The position numbers and the translations under genes are program-made. 64,000 nucleotides of DNA from positions 1,248,001 to 1,312,000 of the forward strand of contig OY969934.1 of assembly GCA_963704725.1 (NCBI GenBank), read 5' to 3'. Source of the stretch: an uncultured Actinomycetes bacterium. GTDB taxonomy: Bacteria > Actinomycetota > UBA4738 > HRBIN12. Shown here piece after piece: positions 20,651 through 29,807 of this stretch. Under the pieces are notes generated by a model. It ran no database searches and was not told the origin of the DNA. It was given only the letters and a program-made list of their open reading frames with translations. The number at the start of each line of letters is the position of its first letter. Position 1 is the stretch's first letter.

Positions 20651-21796
20651 GTGATCGAAGCGCCTCAACTGCAGGACCTCCCGCAGGTGCCGAACGGCCA
20701 CGGCGATTCCGGCGTCCTCGAGCGGTTCTGCGGGTGGTTGACCACCCTCACGGAGACCGAGGGATCCGACCTTCACGTGAAGGTGGGGACGCCGCCCAAG
20801 GTTCGGCTGTCCGGCGCCCTGCTCCCGCTGGATCACCCTCCGCTCACCGACGAGGACACGGCGGCGATCGCGGCCGCGATCGTGCCCGCCAACCGGCGGC
20901 AGCGGTTCGAGTCCAGCGGCGAGGTCGACTTCGCCTACTCCTTGCGCAACGTAGGCCGGTTCCGCGTCAACGTGTTCCGTCAGCGGGGGTCGATCTCGGC
21001 GGTCCTGCGCAAGCTCCGGTTCGGCGGCCCAACGTTCGAGGAGATGCACCTGCCCGACACGCTGCGCTCGCTCTCGGAGGCGCAGCGCGGCCTCATCCTC
21101 GTGACCGGTCCGACCGGATCGGGCAAGACGACCACGCTGTCCGCGATGATCGAGCACGTGAACCACATGCGGCAGTGCCACATCGTCACGATCGAGGACC
21201 CGATCGAGGTGCTGTTCCGCGACGACGTGGCCTCGATCAACCAGCGCGAGGTGGGCAACGACACGGAGAGCTTCCTGTCGGCGCTCCGCGCCGCGCTCCG
21301 CCAGGACCCCGACGTCATCCTGATCGGAGAGATGCGCGACACCGAGACGGTGCGGGCGGCGTTGCAGGCGGCCGAGACCGGCCACCTCGTCCTGTCCACG
21401 CTGCACACCGTGGACGCGACCGAGACCGTGAACCGGGTCGTGGACTTCTTCCCCCCGTACCAGCAGGGACAGATCCGACTGACCCTGGCCGGTGCCCTCA
21501 AGGGCATCGTCTGCCAGCGGCTCGTGCCGACCGTCGACGGAGGGTTGCTGCCGTGCCACGAGGTTCTGGTCAACACCGGGCGGATCGCCGAGCGCATCGC
21601 CGACCCGGACAAGACCGCCGAGATCCACGAGGTGATCGCCGAGGGCGGGTACTACGGCATGCTCACCTTCGACCAGAGCCTCCTGCAGCTCGTCCAGGGG
21701 GGGCGCGTGTCGATCGAGTCTGCGCTCGCGGGGTCGACGAACCCCCACGACTTCAAGCTGCTCCTCCAGCAGGCCGGCGTCTCCTCGTCGTCCTGA
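20651..21796 (+). CDS. pilT: type IV pilus retraction ATPase PilT/PilU family
   Basis: SDLHVKVG, GPTGSGKTTT, TIEDPIE, LRQDPDVILIGEMRD, GHLVLSTLHT. Confidence 0.92.
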   Translation: MIEAPQLQDLPQVPNGHGDSGVLERFCGWLTTLTETEGSDLHVKVGTPPKVRLSGALLPLDHPPLTDEDTAAIAAAIVPANRRQRFESSGEVDFAYSLRNVGRFRVNVFRQRGSISAVLRKLRFGGPTFEEMHLPDTLRSLSEAQRGLILVTGPTGSGKTTTLSAMIEHVNHMRQCHIVTIEDPIEVLFRDDVASINQREVGNDTESFLSALRAALRQDPDVILIGEMRDTETVRAALQAAETGHLVLSTLHTVDATETVNRVVDFFPPYQQGQIRLTLAGALKGIVCQRLVPTVDGGLLPCHEVLVNTGRIAERIADPDKTAEIHEVIAEGGYYGMLTFDQSLLQLVQGGRVSIESALAGSTNPHDFKLLLQQAGVSSSS

Positions 21797-21802
21797 CCAC
21801 CG

Positions 21803-22375
21803 CTAGGGGGCGACCGGGACGCGCCGCGCCCGGCGTCGAACCGCGAGACCTCCGCCCAGCCCGGCCAGGAGCCCGAGCCCGCTGCCGAGGACCCAGCCCG
21901 TCGCCGCACCGTTGCCGTCGGGGTCCTCGGAGACGGTCTGCACCTCGACCGGTGGCGAGGACTCCGGTGGCCGGTAGGAGGCCACGGTGACGGCGATGCC
22001 GTCGCCGGCCCCGGAGCCGTCGCCCACGACGATCGCGCCGGTCATGCCGGGGTGGTAGATGCAGGCATACGGGTAGATGCCGGCGTCGGCGAACGTCGCG
22101 GTGAAGGCGTCGCCCGCGATCAGGTCGCCGGACGTGCCCCACCCCATCCCCGCCACCATGTGCACGAACCCGTCCCGGTTCACGAAGGTGACGGTGCCGC
22201 CCGGATCGATCCGAAGCGTCGTGGGGGTGAAGCACAGGTCCTTCAGCTCCACGGTGTTGCCGGCTCCCGTGGTGGCGCGCGAGTGACACCCGTCTCCGGC
22301 CGAAGCCGGCAAGGCGGGAACGACGAGCAGCGCAAGCACGGTCACCCAGAGCGCGGAGAGCGATCGTCGAGCCAT
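21803..22375 (-). CDS. exported, membrane-anchored cupredoxin (plastocyanin/azurin-like)
   Basis: Signal peptide; H...CIYHPGM type-1 copper ligands; C-terminal TM and basic tail. Confidence 0.85.
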   Translation of the reverse strand: MARRSLSALWVTVLALLVVPALPASAGDGCHSRATTGAGNTVELKDLCFTPTTLRIDPGGTVTFVNRDGFVHMVAGMGWGTSGDLIAGDAFTATFADAGIYPYACIYHPGMTGAIVVGDGSGAGDGIAVTVASYRPPESSPPVEVQTVSEDPDGNGAATGWVLGSGLGLLAGLGGGLAVRRRARRVPVAP

Positions 22376-22404
22376 GGCGCCTCCTCCCGTCCGTCTGGAG
22401 GCTC

Positions 22405-22430
22405 TACACCTCGATGCTCGATGTGGTTCC
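22405..22430 (-). promoter_or_regulatory. ECF-type promoter GGAACC-N14-GGTGTA upstream of the cupredoxin
   Basis: Same hexamers and spacing as at 23888-23913. Confidence 0.65.
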
Positions 22431-22434
22431 GTGC

Positions 22435-23187
22435 TCACCCGATCCGCTCGGCGAGGGCGATCGCCTCGTCCAGGCCGAGCGAGGTCTCGAGCCGAAGGGT
22501 GACGTCGCCCAGCGCCCAGATGAGCACGTTTCCCTCGACGGAGAAGGGCTGGGTGCCGGCCTCCGTCTGCAGGATCAAGCCATGCGGCGCGTCGATCCAG
22601 AACGCCCGCCGCCCGGACACCCGCGCCGGGTGAAGGTCCTCGAACGCGTTCACGTCCTTTACCGCGAGCTCCCGGCCCTCGGGGAGCTCCAGCAGGGCCA
22701 GACCCCACGGAGTCCCCGGCACGGCTGGGTAGCGGTCGCTCGGGTCCCAGGTGAGGAGCGCCGCGTCTCCGCCGATCGTCGACACCACGTACGCGGCGTC
22801 CGGGGCGGGGCCGGGCGGGAGGGCAAGGGGGAAGCCGGTGGCAGCGGCCACCTCCTCGAGCGGAACCGACGGTCCCAGTGCGTCCGAGCCGAATGGTGGG
22901 CCGGACGGGCTTGCGCCGGGTTGGACGCGGACCTCCGCGGAGCCGATCACGAACCTGGCCCCGAACGCGAGCGCGACGAGCGCGAGGACGCCGATCGCGG
23001 CGAGCGCCAGGAGGCGGCGGCGCCCCCAGATGGCGATGCGGGGGAAGGGCGGCCGCGCTCGAGCCGCCCGGTCCGCCTCGAGCCGGACGACGACGCCCGG
23101 CACCAGCGACGGCGTGGGGGGGTAGGCGGGCTCGAGCCGCGACAGGGCGCGTCCGAGGGCCTCGTCGCTCATCGGTCGCTCAGCCAT
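22435..23187 (-). CDS. putative single-TM anti-sigma factor (DUF4367-like C-terminus)
   Basis: Overlaps the ECF sigma stop; one TM helix; C-terminal LIW..GDVTLRLET.L..DEAIALAE. Confidence 0.65.
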   Translation of the reverse strand: MAERPMSDEALGRALSRLEPAYPPTPSLVPGVVVRLEADRAARARPPFPRIAIWGRRRLLALAAIGVLALVALAFGARFVIGSAEVRVQPGASPSGPPFGSDALGPSVPLEEVAAATGFPLALPPGPAPDAAYVVSTIGGDAALLTWDPSDRYPAVPGTPWGLALLELPEGRELAVKDVNAFEDLHPARVSGRRAFWIDAPHGLILQTEAGTQPFSVEGNVLIWALGDVTLRLETSLGLDEAIALAERIG

Positions 23188-23809
23188 CGGCGTCTCCCGC
23201 CGGTGCGAACCCCTCCGGCAGCGCGATCCTCAGGCGGGCCAGCGCCCGCGACAGGCGGGACTTCACGGTTCCGGGCCGGACCCCGAGGGCCGCCGACGTC
23301 TCGGCCTCCGACAGGTCGAGCAGGTAGCGGTAGGCGATCACGAGACGGTCGCGCTCGGGCAGGGCCTCCAGGGCCTGGAGCAGGATGCCCCGGGACTCGT
23401 GACCGATCGCCGCGGTGTCGGGCGATCCGGCCGCCTCCTCGGGCCCCCGAACCTCGGCCAGGCGAAGCGCGAGCCGCTCGTGCCGGCCCGCCGAGCGCCG
23501 GCGGTTCCTCGCTTCGTTCGAGACGATCCGCAGGATCCAGGGCCGGAACGGCTCCCCGGACCGGAAGCGGCCGAGCGCGTAGTAGGCCTTCACGAACGCA
23601 TCCTGTGCGGCGTCCTCCGCGTCCGCGCCGTTGCGGGCGATCAGATATGCGGCCCGGAACGCGACGTCCCGGTACCGCTCGACGAGCTCCGCATAGGCGC
23701 GGACGTCGTCGTCCCTGGCGAGCTCGACGAGCTCGGCGTCCGTTCTTGCCGATGGACCCTCGCTTCGCGAGGGTCCATCGGGGGCTACCGCTTCGCTACT
23801 CGAGCCCAA
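23180..23809 (-). CDS. ECF RNA polymerase sigma factor
   Basis: DAEDAAQDAFVKAY, FRPWILRIVSN, GVRPGTVKSRLSRA; start uncertain. Confidence 0.93.
   Translation of the reverse strand: MGSSSEAVAPDGPSRSEGPSARTDAELVELARDDDVRAYAELVERYRDVAFRAAYLIARNGADAEDAAQDAFVKAYYALGRFRSGEPFRPWILRIVSNEARNRRRSAGRHERLALRLAEVRGPEEAAGSPDTAAIGHESRGILLQALEALPERDRLVIAYRYLLDLSEAETSAALGVRPGTVKSRLSRALARLRIALPEGFAPAGDADG
23749..23781. repeat. perfect 15-bp inverted repeat with 3-nt loop
   Basis: CCGATGGACCCTCGC-TTC-GCGAGGGTCCATCGG. Confidence 0.75.
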
Positions 23810-23887
23810 CGCCCTGGTGGCAGCGGATCCACAACGTCGTGTCGCGCCGATCCACCGCTCGCTCTCTCGTGTTCGTCTCGCCCTGGA

Positions 23888-23913
23888 TACACCGAGTCAC
23901 GGCGTCGGGTTCC
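23888..23913 (-). promoter_or_regulatory. ECF-type (autoregulatory) promoter GGAACC-N14-GGTGTA
   Basis: Duplicate of the motif before the cupredoxin; upstream of the sigma gene. Confidence 0.65.
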
Positions 23914-23922
23914 CGGGCCGGT

Positions 23923-24837
23923 CTACGTGGCGGTCGTCTCGGTCGTCTCGGCGGCCTTGCCGTCGGCGCCGTTGCCGCCGAAAGAGCGACCGGTGAGGCC
24001 GCTCAGGCCGGCGAGCAGGTTGGAGAACTCCATCGGGATCACGAACTTCGTGGACGGCGAGGATCCGATCTGCTTGAGGGCGTCCAGGTACTGCAGGCTC
24101 ATCGTGTTCGCGTCGACCTGCTGGGCCGCCTCGTAGATCTTCGTCAAGGCGAGCGCGAAGCCCTCGGCCCGAAGGATCGCGGCCTGCCGGTCGCCCTCGG
24201 CGTTCAGGATGGCCGACTGCTTGTTGCCCTCGGCCACCGTGATGGCGGCCTGCTTGGAGCCGTCGGCCTCGGTCACGACGGCGCGGCGGGTCCGCTCGGC
24301 CGACATCTGGCGGGTCATGGCCTCCTGGACCATGGGGGGCGGGATGATCTCGCGGATCTCGACGTTGGTGACCTTGACGCCCCATCGCTCGGTCACCTCG
24401 TCGAGCTTGGTGCGAAGGGTCTCGTTCATCTGCTCGCGCTTGGCGAGCACGTCGTCGAGCGCCATGTCGCCCACCACGGATCGCAGCGTGGTCGACGCGA
24501 TGTTCTGCGCGGCGCCGGCGAAGTTCCCCACCTCGATCACCGACATCACCGCGTCGAGCACCCGGTAGAACACGATGAAGTCGATCGAGATCGGGGCGTT
24601 GTCCTCGGTGATCGCCGTCTGGTGGGGGATCTCCAGGTACAGCTCGCGCAGGTCGACCATCACGCCCTTGTCGACGAAGGGGATCAGGAACACCAGGCCC
24701 GGCCCCTTCGCGCCGATCGCGTGGCCGAGCCGGAACACCATGAGGCGCTGGTACTCGCGCACGATGCGCAGTGCCTGCGGCAGGATCAGGATCAGCAGCA
24801 GCAGCACCACGCCCGCACCGATGGCGAGACCGATCAC
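23923..24837 (-). CDS. SPFH/band-7 (stomatin-like) protein
   Basis: IVREYQRLMVFRLG, TTLRSVVG.M.LD, WGVKVTNVEI, QMSAER. Confidence 0.93.
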   Translation of the reverse strand: MIGLAIGAGVVLLLLILILPQALRIVREYQRLMVFRLGHAIGAKGPGLVFLIPFVDKGVMVDLRELYLEIPHQTAITEDNAPISIDFIVFYRVLDAVMSVIEVGNFAGAAQNIASTTLRSVVGDMALDDVLAKREQMNETLRTKLDEVTERWGVKVTNVEIREIIPPPMVQEAMTRQMSAERTRRAVVTEADGSKQAAITVAEGNKQSAILNAEGDRQAAILRAEGFALALTKIYEAAQQVDANTMSLQYLDALKQIGSSPSTKFVIPMEFSNLLAGLSGLTGRSFGGNGADGKAAETTETTAT

Positions 24838-26174
24838 GTCGTCCTCCCTTCCGCGGCTGCGGCGCCTTGCGGCGCAGGCTCCTCCGCGGGTTCGACCTTC
24901 AGCTTCAGCCCTTCCATCCCGACCACGCGGACGAGGTCCCCGCGCTTGAGGGCTCCGCGCACGGCCTCCGCGGTCCACTCCTCCGAGGCGACCTTGACGA
25001 CTCCGACGGGCCCGAGGTCCCGGATCACGACGCCGCCTGCCCCGACGAGTCGTTCGCTCCGAGACACCGAACCCCGATGCCGAAGCCGGATCGCCGAGCG
25101 CACCACCACGAGGAAGAAGAACGCCGCGAACGCCGCGACCGGCACGATCACGAGCGGGGAGACGCGCACACCGGGGACGGAGGTGTCGAACAGGTACCAC
25201 CCGCCGAGCACCAGGGTGACGACACCCCCCGCGGCGGGGACGCCCACCCCCGGGTGCTTCAGCTCGAGGACGAAGAACACGACCGAGGCGATCAGGAGCA
25301 CGACGCCGATCAGCTGGAACGGCAGCATCCCGAGGGCCACGAGCGAGGAGACCAGCATCAACGCACCTGCCGTCCCCAGCACGCCGCCGGGGGTGAAGAG
25401 CTCCAGCACGATGAAGGCCAGCCCCGCCCAGAAGAAGATGAACGCGAGGTTCGGATCGAGCAGCGCGTGAACGAACCGCACCGCCAGCCCCATCTGCTGT
25501 TCGACGATCGGGGTCCCGGCGAGGTCGAGCGTGACCTTCTGGCCTCCGGCGACCGTGACGACGTCGCCGGCGACGTCGTCGAGCAGGGTGGGGACGTCGG
25601 GCGCGACCAGGTCGATGACGTCGAGATCCAGGGCCTCCTGGGCCGACGCGCTCACGGAGTCGCGCACCGCGCTCACGGCCCACTCCGCGTTGCGCCCGCG
25701 CTCCTCGGCGATCGCCCGGATCGACGCGGCGGCGTCGTTGGTGGCCTTCTCGGACTCGATGGCCCCGGAGAGCCCGACGGGGTGGGCGGCACCGACGTTC
25801 GTGCCGGGGGCCATGGCGGCCACGTTGCAGCTCAGCAGGATGAACGTGCCGGCCGAGGCCGCCCGGGCGCCCTGGGGCGAGACGTAACCCAGGACCGGCA
25901 CCTTCGCGTTGAGGATGGCTTGCGTGATCTCGCGCATCGAGGAGCTCAGGCCGCCGGGGGTGTCGATCGTGATCAGGACCGCGCTCGCACCCTCGTCCTG
26001 GGCGCGGTCGATGCCACCGCGGACGTAATTGGCGACGAACGGGTCGACCACCCCGTCGATGCGAAGCTCCAGGATGGCTCCCCGGAGCTCCTGGGCCGAG
26101 GCGGGGACCGCGGCGAGCGCGCCGAAGCCGATCGACAGGCACCCGATGGCGAGCAGCCGGCGCACCGACCTCAC
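24834..26174 (-). CDS. nfeD: NfeD family membrane-bound serine protease (ClpP-like + TM + OB fold)
   Basis: IDTPGG, AASAG, MAPGTNVGAAHPV, EKATND; paired with SPFH. Confidence 0.92.
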   Translation of the reverse strand: MRSVRRLLAIGCLSIGFGALAAVPASAQELRGAILELRIDGVVDPFVANYVRGGIDRAQDEGASAVLITIDTPGGLSSSMREITQAILNAKVPVLGYVSPQGARAASAGTFILLSCNVAAMAPGTNVGAAHPVGLSGAIESEKATNDAAASIRAIAEERGRNAEWAVSAVRDSVSASAQEALDLDVIDLVAPDVPTLLDDVAGDVVTVAGGQKVTLDLAGTPIVEQQMGLAVRFVHALLDPNLAFIFFWAGLAFIVLELFTPGGVLGTAGALMLVSSLVALGMLPFQLIGVVLLIASVVFFVLELKHPGVGVPAAGGVVTLVLGGWYLFDTSVPGVRVSPLVIVPVAAFAAFFFLVVVRSAIRLRHRGSVSRSERLVGAGGVVIRDLGPVGVVKVASEEWTAEAVRGALKRGDLVRVVGMEGLKLKVEPAEEPAPQGAAAAEGRTT

Positions 26175-26260
26175 ACAGGCATCATCCCACCCCCGCTCCC
26201 GGGCCGTCGAAGGCTGGACGACGTGTCATCATTGGGAGGACATTCGCCAGGCCCGCCGCA

Positions 26261-26289
26261 CAAACTCACCGCAGGCTCGACCCCGTATA
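26261..26289 (+). promoter_or_regulatory. candidate ECF promoter CAAAC-N18-CGTATA
   Basis: AAC/CGT pattern just upstream of the second ECF sigma gene. Confidence 0.35.
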
Positions 26290-26305
26290 CCCGAGAGGAG
26301 ACCGA

Positions 26306-26878
26306 GTGGCCGGTCGGCCGGAGGGTCCGCTCCTCGCTCGCGAGGAGCAGGTGCTGGTGGAGGGACTCCTTGCCGGGAACGAGGACGCGGTTCGACAGCT
26401 CTACACGCGGTATGCGCGCCCGGTCTTCACGCTGGGCCTCCGGCTGCTGGGGAGCGCGGAGGCGGCCGAAGAGTTGACCCAGGACGTCTTCCTCTCGGCG
26501 TGGCGCAAGGCCGCGCGCTTCGATCCCTCCCGGGGTCGGTTGTCGACGTGGCTGATGACCATCGCCCACAACCTGGCGGTCGACCGGCTCCGGCGGGAAA
26601 CGGGGGTGACCAGGCCGCATCTCGTCCTCGTCGACGAGGTCCCGGAGGTCCCGATGCCCGACGAGGACGAGGCGGTGATCGAGCGCGACGCGGCGATCCG
26701 CGCCCTCGGCTCGCTCTCCGACGCGGAGAAGCGGCTCCTGGCGCGCGCCTACTTCGGCGGGCTCACCGCCCGCGAGATCGCCGAGAGCGACGGGATCCCG
26801 CTGGGAACCGTGAAGACGCGCCTGCGCACGGCGTTGATCAAGGTGCGGCGGGCCAACCTCGACAAGGAGCGCCCGTGA
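26306..26878 (+). CDS. ECF sigma factor (SigK-like)
   Basis: AEELTQDVFLSAWRKAARFDPSRG, IPLGTVKTRLR. Confidence 0.92.
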   Translation: MAGRPEGPLLAREEQVLVEGLLAGNEDAVRQLYTRYARPVFTLGLRLLGSAEAAEELTQDVFLSAWRKAARFDPSRGRLSTWLMTIAHNLAVDRLRRETGVTRPHLVLVDEVPEVPMPDEDEAVIERDAAIRALGSLSDAEKRLLARAYFGGLTAREIAESDGIPLGTVKTRLRTALIKVRRANLDKERP

Positions 26879-27645
26879 ACTGCCTGGCGGTCCGGGACCT
26901 GCTGCCGGAGCTCGCGCTCGGGGTGCTGCCGGCACGGGAACGCGCGGACGTCGAGCGGCACCTCCGCTGGTGCGCCGGATGCCGCAAGGAGTCCTCGGAC
27001 TTCGGCAGGTCGGCGGCGACGCTGGCCTACGCGCTCGCGCCGGCGAGGACGCCCGCGGCGCTGGAGGACCGGGTGGTGGAGCGGGTGCGCAAGGCCGCCC
27101 GGCCGAAGGCGGCGCGGCGCCTGCGGACGACGGCCGCCGCCATCGTCGCGGCGACGATCGCGGCGGGAAGCCTGGGATGGGGCGCCGTGATGGCCGGGCG
27201 GGCCGATCGCTTGGAGGTTCGCGCCGCGCAGGCGCAGCGCGCCCAGGCCGCCGCGATCGCGACCTTCCAGCAGACCCTCAACCAGATCATCCCCGGTGAG
27301 CGGGTCTCCGCCGACGAGGCGCGCCTGGGGCAGCTGTCGCCGCCCGAGAACGGCGTCGGCGGCGGGTTCGTGCTCGCCCTCGTGTCGCCGACGACGATCG
27401 ACTTCACCATGGTCATCGTGAACGGCCTCGATCCCCAGGCCGCCGATCGCCTGCCCTACCGCGTGCAGCTGTTCAACGCCGCGGGCGACATGCTCCGCGG
27501 CGGCCGCATCGTGGAGCTGAACGCGGACGGGGGGGCGGAGGTGTTCCGCCAGTACGACCACGAGGAGCTCACCGGGTACACGACGGTCCGCATCGTGGAT
27601 GCGGAGGGCGCCGTCGTGCTCGCCGGCCGGGTGAGCCAGAGCTGA
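26875..27645 (+). CDS. zinc-finger (ZAS) anti-sigma factor, RskA-like
   Basis: C...HLRWCAGC (HxxxCxxC); one TM helix; GTGA overlap with sigma. Confidence 0.85.
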   Translation: MNCLAVRDLLPELALGVLPARERADVERHLRWCAGCRKESSDFGRSAATLAYALAPARTPAALEDRVVERVRKAARPKAARRLRTTAAAIVAATIAAGSLGWGAVMAGRADRLEVRAAQAQRAQAAAIATFQQTLNQIIPGERVSADEARLGQLSPPENGVGGGFVLALVSPTTIDFTMVIVNGLDPQAADRLPYRVQLFNAAGDMLRGGRIVELNADGGAEVFRQYDHEELTGYTTVRIVDAEGAVVLAGRVSQS

Positions 27646-27660
27646 GCCGTCGAGCCTCGG

Positions 27661-28665
27661 CTACCGGCGCTCCATGCTCTGCGTGAAGGTGCCCGTGAAG
27701 CCGATCGCGCCCCCGAGCCCGAGGTCCGCGAGGCCCGTGATCTCCATCGAGATGTCGAAGTCGCCCGTCGACTCGGTCTTCAGCAGCTCATTCGCGCCGA
27801 GGTCGACGAAGCTCGTCTGGCGGATCGTGCCCGTCCCCGAGTAGGCCATCGACGCCGCGGAGAGCATGTCGATCCCGGTGGCGCCGGAGGCCTCGAGCTC
27901 GTCGCCCATGGCCTTCAGCAGTTCCTCGAAGTCCAGCGTGAAGTCCATCGGCACGGTCATGTCGGTCGCGATCACCGCGGCATCCCGGCCGTTCACGGTG
28001 TCGTTGCGCTCATACGTGCTCGTGGCCGTGTACTCGATCGAGCCGTGACCGAACGGGAAGTCCTGGGAGAAATGCTTGTCCCACGTGTCGCCGGGCGCCA
28101 CCGCCGCGCCGTCGTCGGGAAGGATCGGCGTGAGCTGGCCCATGCCCGGGAAGCCGAACCCCTGGGTCTGCCCGGCCCCTCCGAGCGCCAGCCCACCGGC
28201 CGACAGGATCCGGCCGTCGGGAGCGATCACGAGCTCGACCGGCGGGGTCGCGCCCGCGGCGGAGGGCATCTCCACCCCGTCCATCGTCGCCGACATCTCA
28301 TCGACGGTCATCTCCACCGTCGCGACGCCGTCCGCGTCGACGGAGGTGACCTTCCACGTGACGACCTCGTCCATCCCCAGGTCCATCGGGATGTCACCCA
28401 TCAGGTCGGACGTGATCTGGCCCTGCATCGTCATGTGGATGGCGTACGACTCGGACCGACCCGGCGTGAACGACAGGGCCAGGGGCCGGGCGTCGGCCGA
28501 TCCTCCGCCCTGCGTGAGGACGAGGGCGCCGGCGCCGGCGACGAGCGCGAGAACGACGGCGACGCTGCCGACCACCAGGCGGGGCCGGCGGCGTGGAGCC
28601 GGGGCCGTGGGTTCGAGCGGGGGCGGCGGGGGGAGGTACGAGACCGGGGCCAGGGGGTCGCTCAC
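27661..28665 (-). CDS. membrane-anchored extracytoplasmic hypothetical protein
   Basis: GAGGAGG RBS; Pro-rich N-terminus, one TM, acidic beta-rich domain. Confidence 0.7.
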   Translation of the reverse strand: MSDPLAPVSYLPPPPPLEPTAPAPRRRPRLVVGSVAVVLALVAGAGALVLTQGGGSADARPLALSFTPGRSESYAIHMTMQGQITSDLMGDIPMDLGMDEVVTWKVTSVDADGVATVEMTVDEMSATMDGVEMPSAAGATPPVELVIAPDGRILSAGGLALGGAGQTQGFGFPGMGQLTPILPDDGAAVAPGDTWDKHFSQDFPFGHGSIEYTATSTYERNDTVNGRDAAVIATDMTVPMDFTLDFEELLKAMGDELEASGATGIDMLSAASMAYSGTGTIRQTSFVDLGANELLKTESTGDFDISMEITGLADLGLGGAIGFTGTFTQSMERR

Positions 28666-28724
28666 GATGATCCTCCTCGAGGGGTCGGCTCCATGCTCCC
28701 ACAGAGCATCGGCGGGGCGGCCGT

Positions 28725-29747
28725 TCAGGCTGAGAGAGCCTCGGCGAGGAAGGCCAGGCTTCTGGGGTATCGGTACCCGATCGACATGTGTCCGGCGTCG
28801 AAGAGCTCGAGCGTGTGCGCCACGCCCAGCCGGTCGAGCTCCCGGGAGAACGCGACGGCCCCGTCGTCGAGGTAGTACTCGTCCGTCGTGCCCGCGTCGA
28901 TCCAGATCGCCCGCATCGAGCGGAGGGCGTCGGCCCGCTCGGGAGCCATCCGGACCGGATCCCACGCCAGCCAGCGGCGCCACACGTCCTCGATCAGCCG
29001 CCCCGTCTCGACCTCGAACGGGAGCGTCACGGTGCCGTCGGGCTCCGACGAGTAGCACGCCGCCATGCACCAGGAGTTCAGGAGCACCCAGTCCTGCTTC
29101 TTGGAGCCGGCCGGGCGGGACCGGAAGTCCTCCCAGAACCGCGCGTAGGAGCCGCCGTACTCCTCGCGCAGCGTCCGGGCCACCTCGCGGAACTCCGGCA
29201 GGTAGCACGCCTCGAACAGCGCGTCCCCGGCGTGAGAGGCGAACGCCGAGAACACGTCCGGACGGAGCATCGGGGTGACGAAGGCCCCGTATCCACCGCT
29301 CGACTTCCCCTGGATGGCGCGATGGTCGCGGTCGGCGATCGTGCGGAACCGCTCGTCGACGAACGTGACCACCTCCTCGCACAGGAAGTCGTGGTATCGG
29401 CCCGTGCCGGGGGAGTTGAGGAACTGGCTGCCACCGAGCGAGGTCCAGCAGTCGACGAACACGACGATCGCCGGCGGCGCGCCGCCCGCGGCGAACAGCC
29501 GGTCGACCTCCTCGGGGAAGTTGCGCCGGAACGGCTCCCGGTTGGTCCACATGTCCAGCTGCCCCGTGAGCCCCTGGATGATGTAGACGCAGGGGAAGCG
29601 GCGTTCGGGCTCGTCGTCGTAGCCGGGCGGCGTGTAGACCCACAGCGGCCGGACGTGCGGGTCCCCCAGCGGGTTGCCCCGCAGGGCCTCGCTCACGATC
29701 TCGGATCGGTCCAGCGTCCCCTCGAACTCGCGACCCCACGGCTCCAC
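28725..29747 (-). CDS. putative esterase (alpha/beta hydrolase, Fes/antigen-85-like)
   Basis: VYTPPGY, GKSSGGYGA nucleophile elbow, C-terminal GH. Confidence 0.88.
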   Translation of the reverse strand: MEPWGREFEGTLDRSEIVSEALRGNPLGDPHVRPLWVYTPPGYDDEPERRFPCVYIIQGLTGQLDMWTNREPFRRNFPEEVDRLFAAGGAPPAIVVFVDCWTSLGGSQFLNSPGTGRYHDFLCEEVVTFVDERFRTIADRDHRAIQGKSSGGYGAFVTPMLRPDVFSAFASHAGDALFEACYLPEFREVARTLREEYGGSYARFWEDFRSRPAGSKKQDWVLLNSWCMAACYSSEPDGTVTLPFEVETGRLIEDVWRRWLAWDPVRMAPERADALRSMRAIWIDAGTTDEYYLDDGAVAFSRELDRLGVAHTLELFDAGHMSIGYRYPRSLAFLAEALSA

Positions 29748-29807
29748 GCGATGCCTCCGATCGTCGGCCTGTCTGGCGAAACGGGAACCCGACTATCATG
29801 CAGGCGG

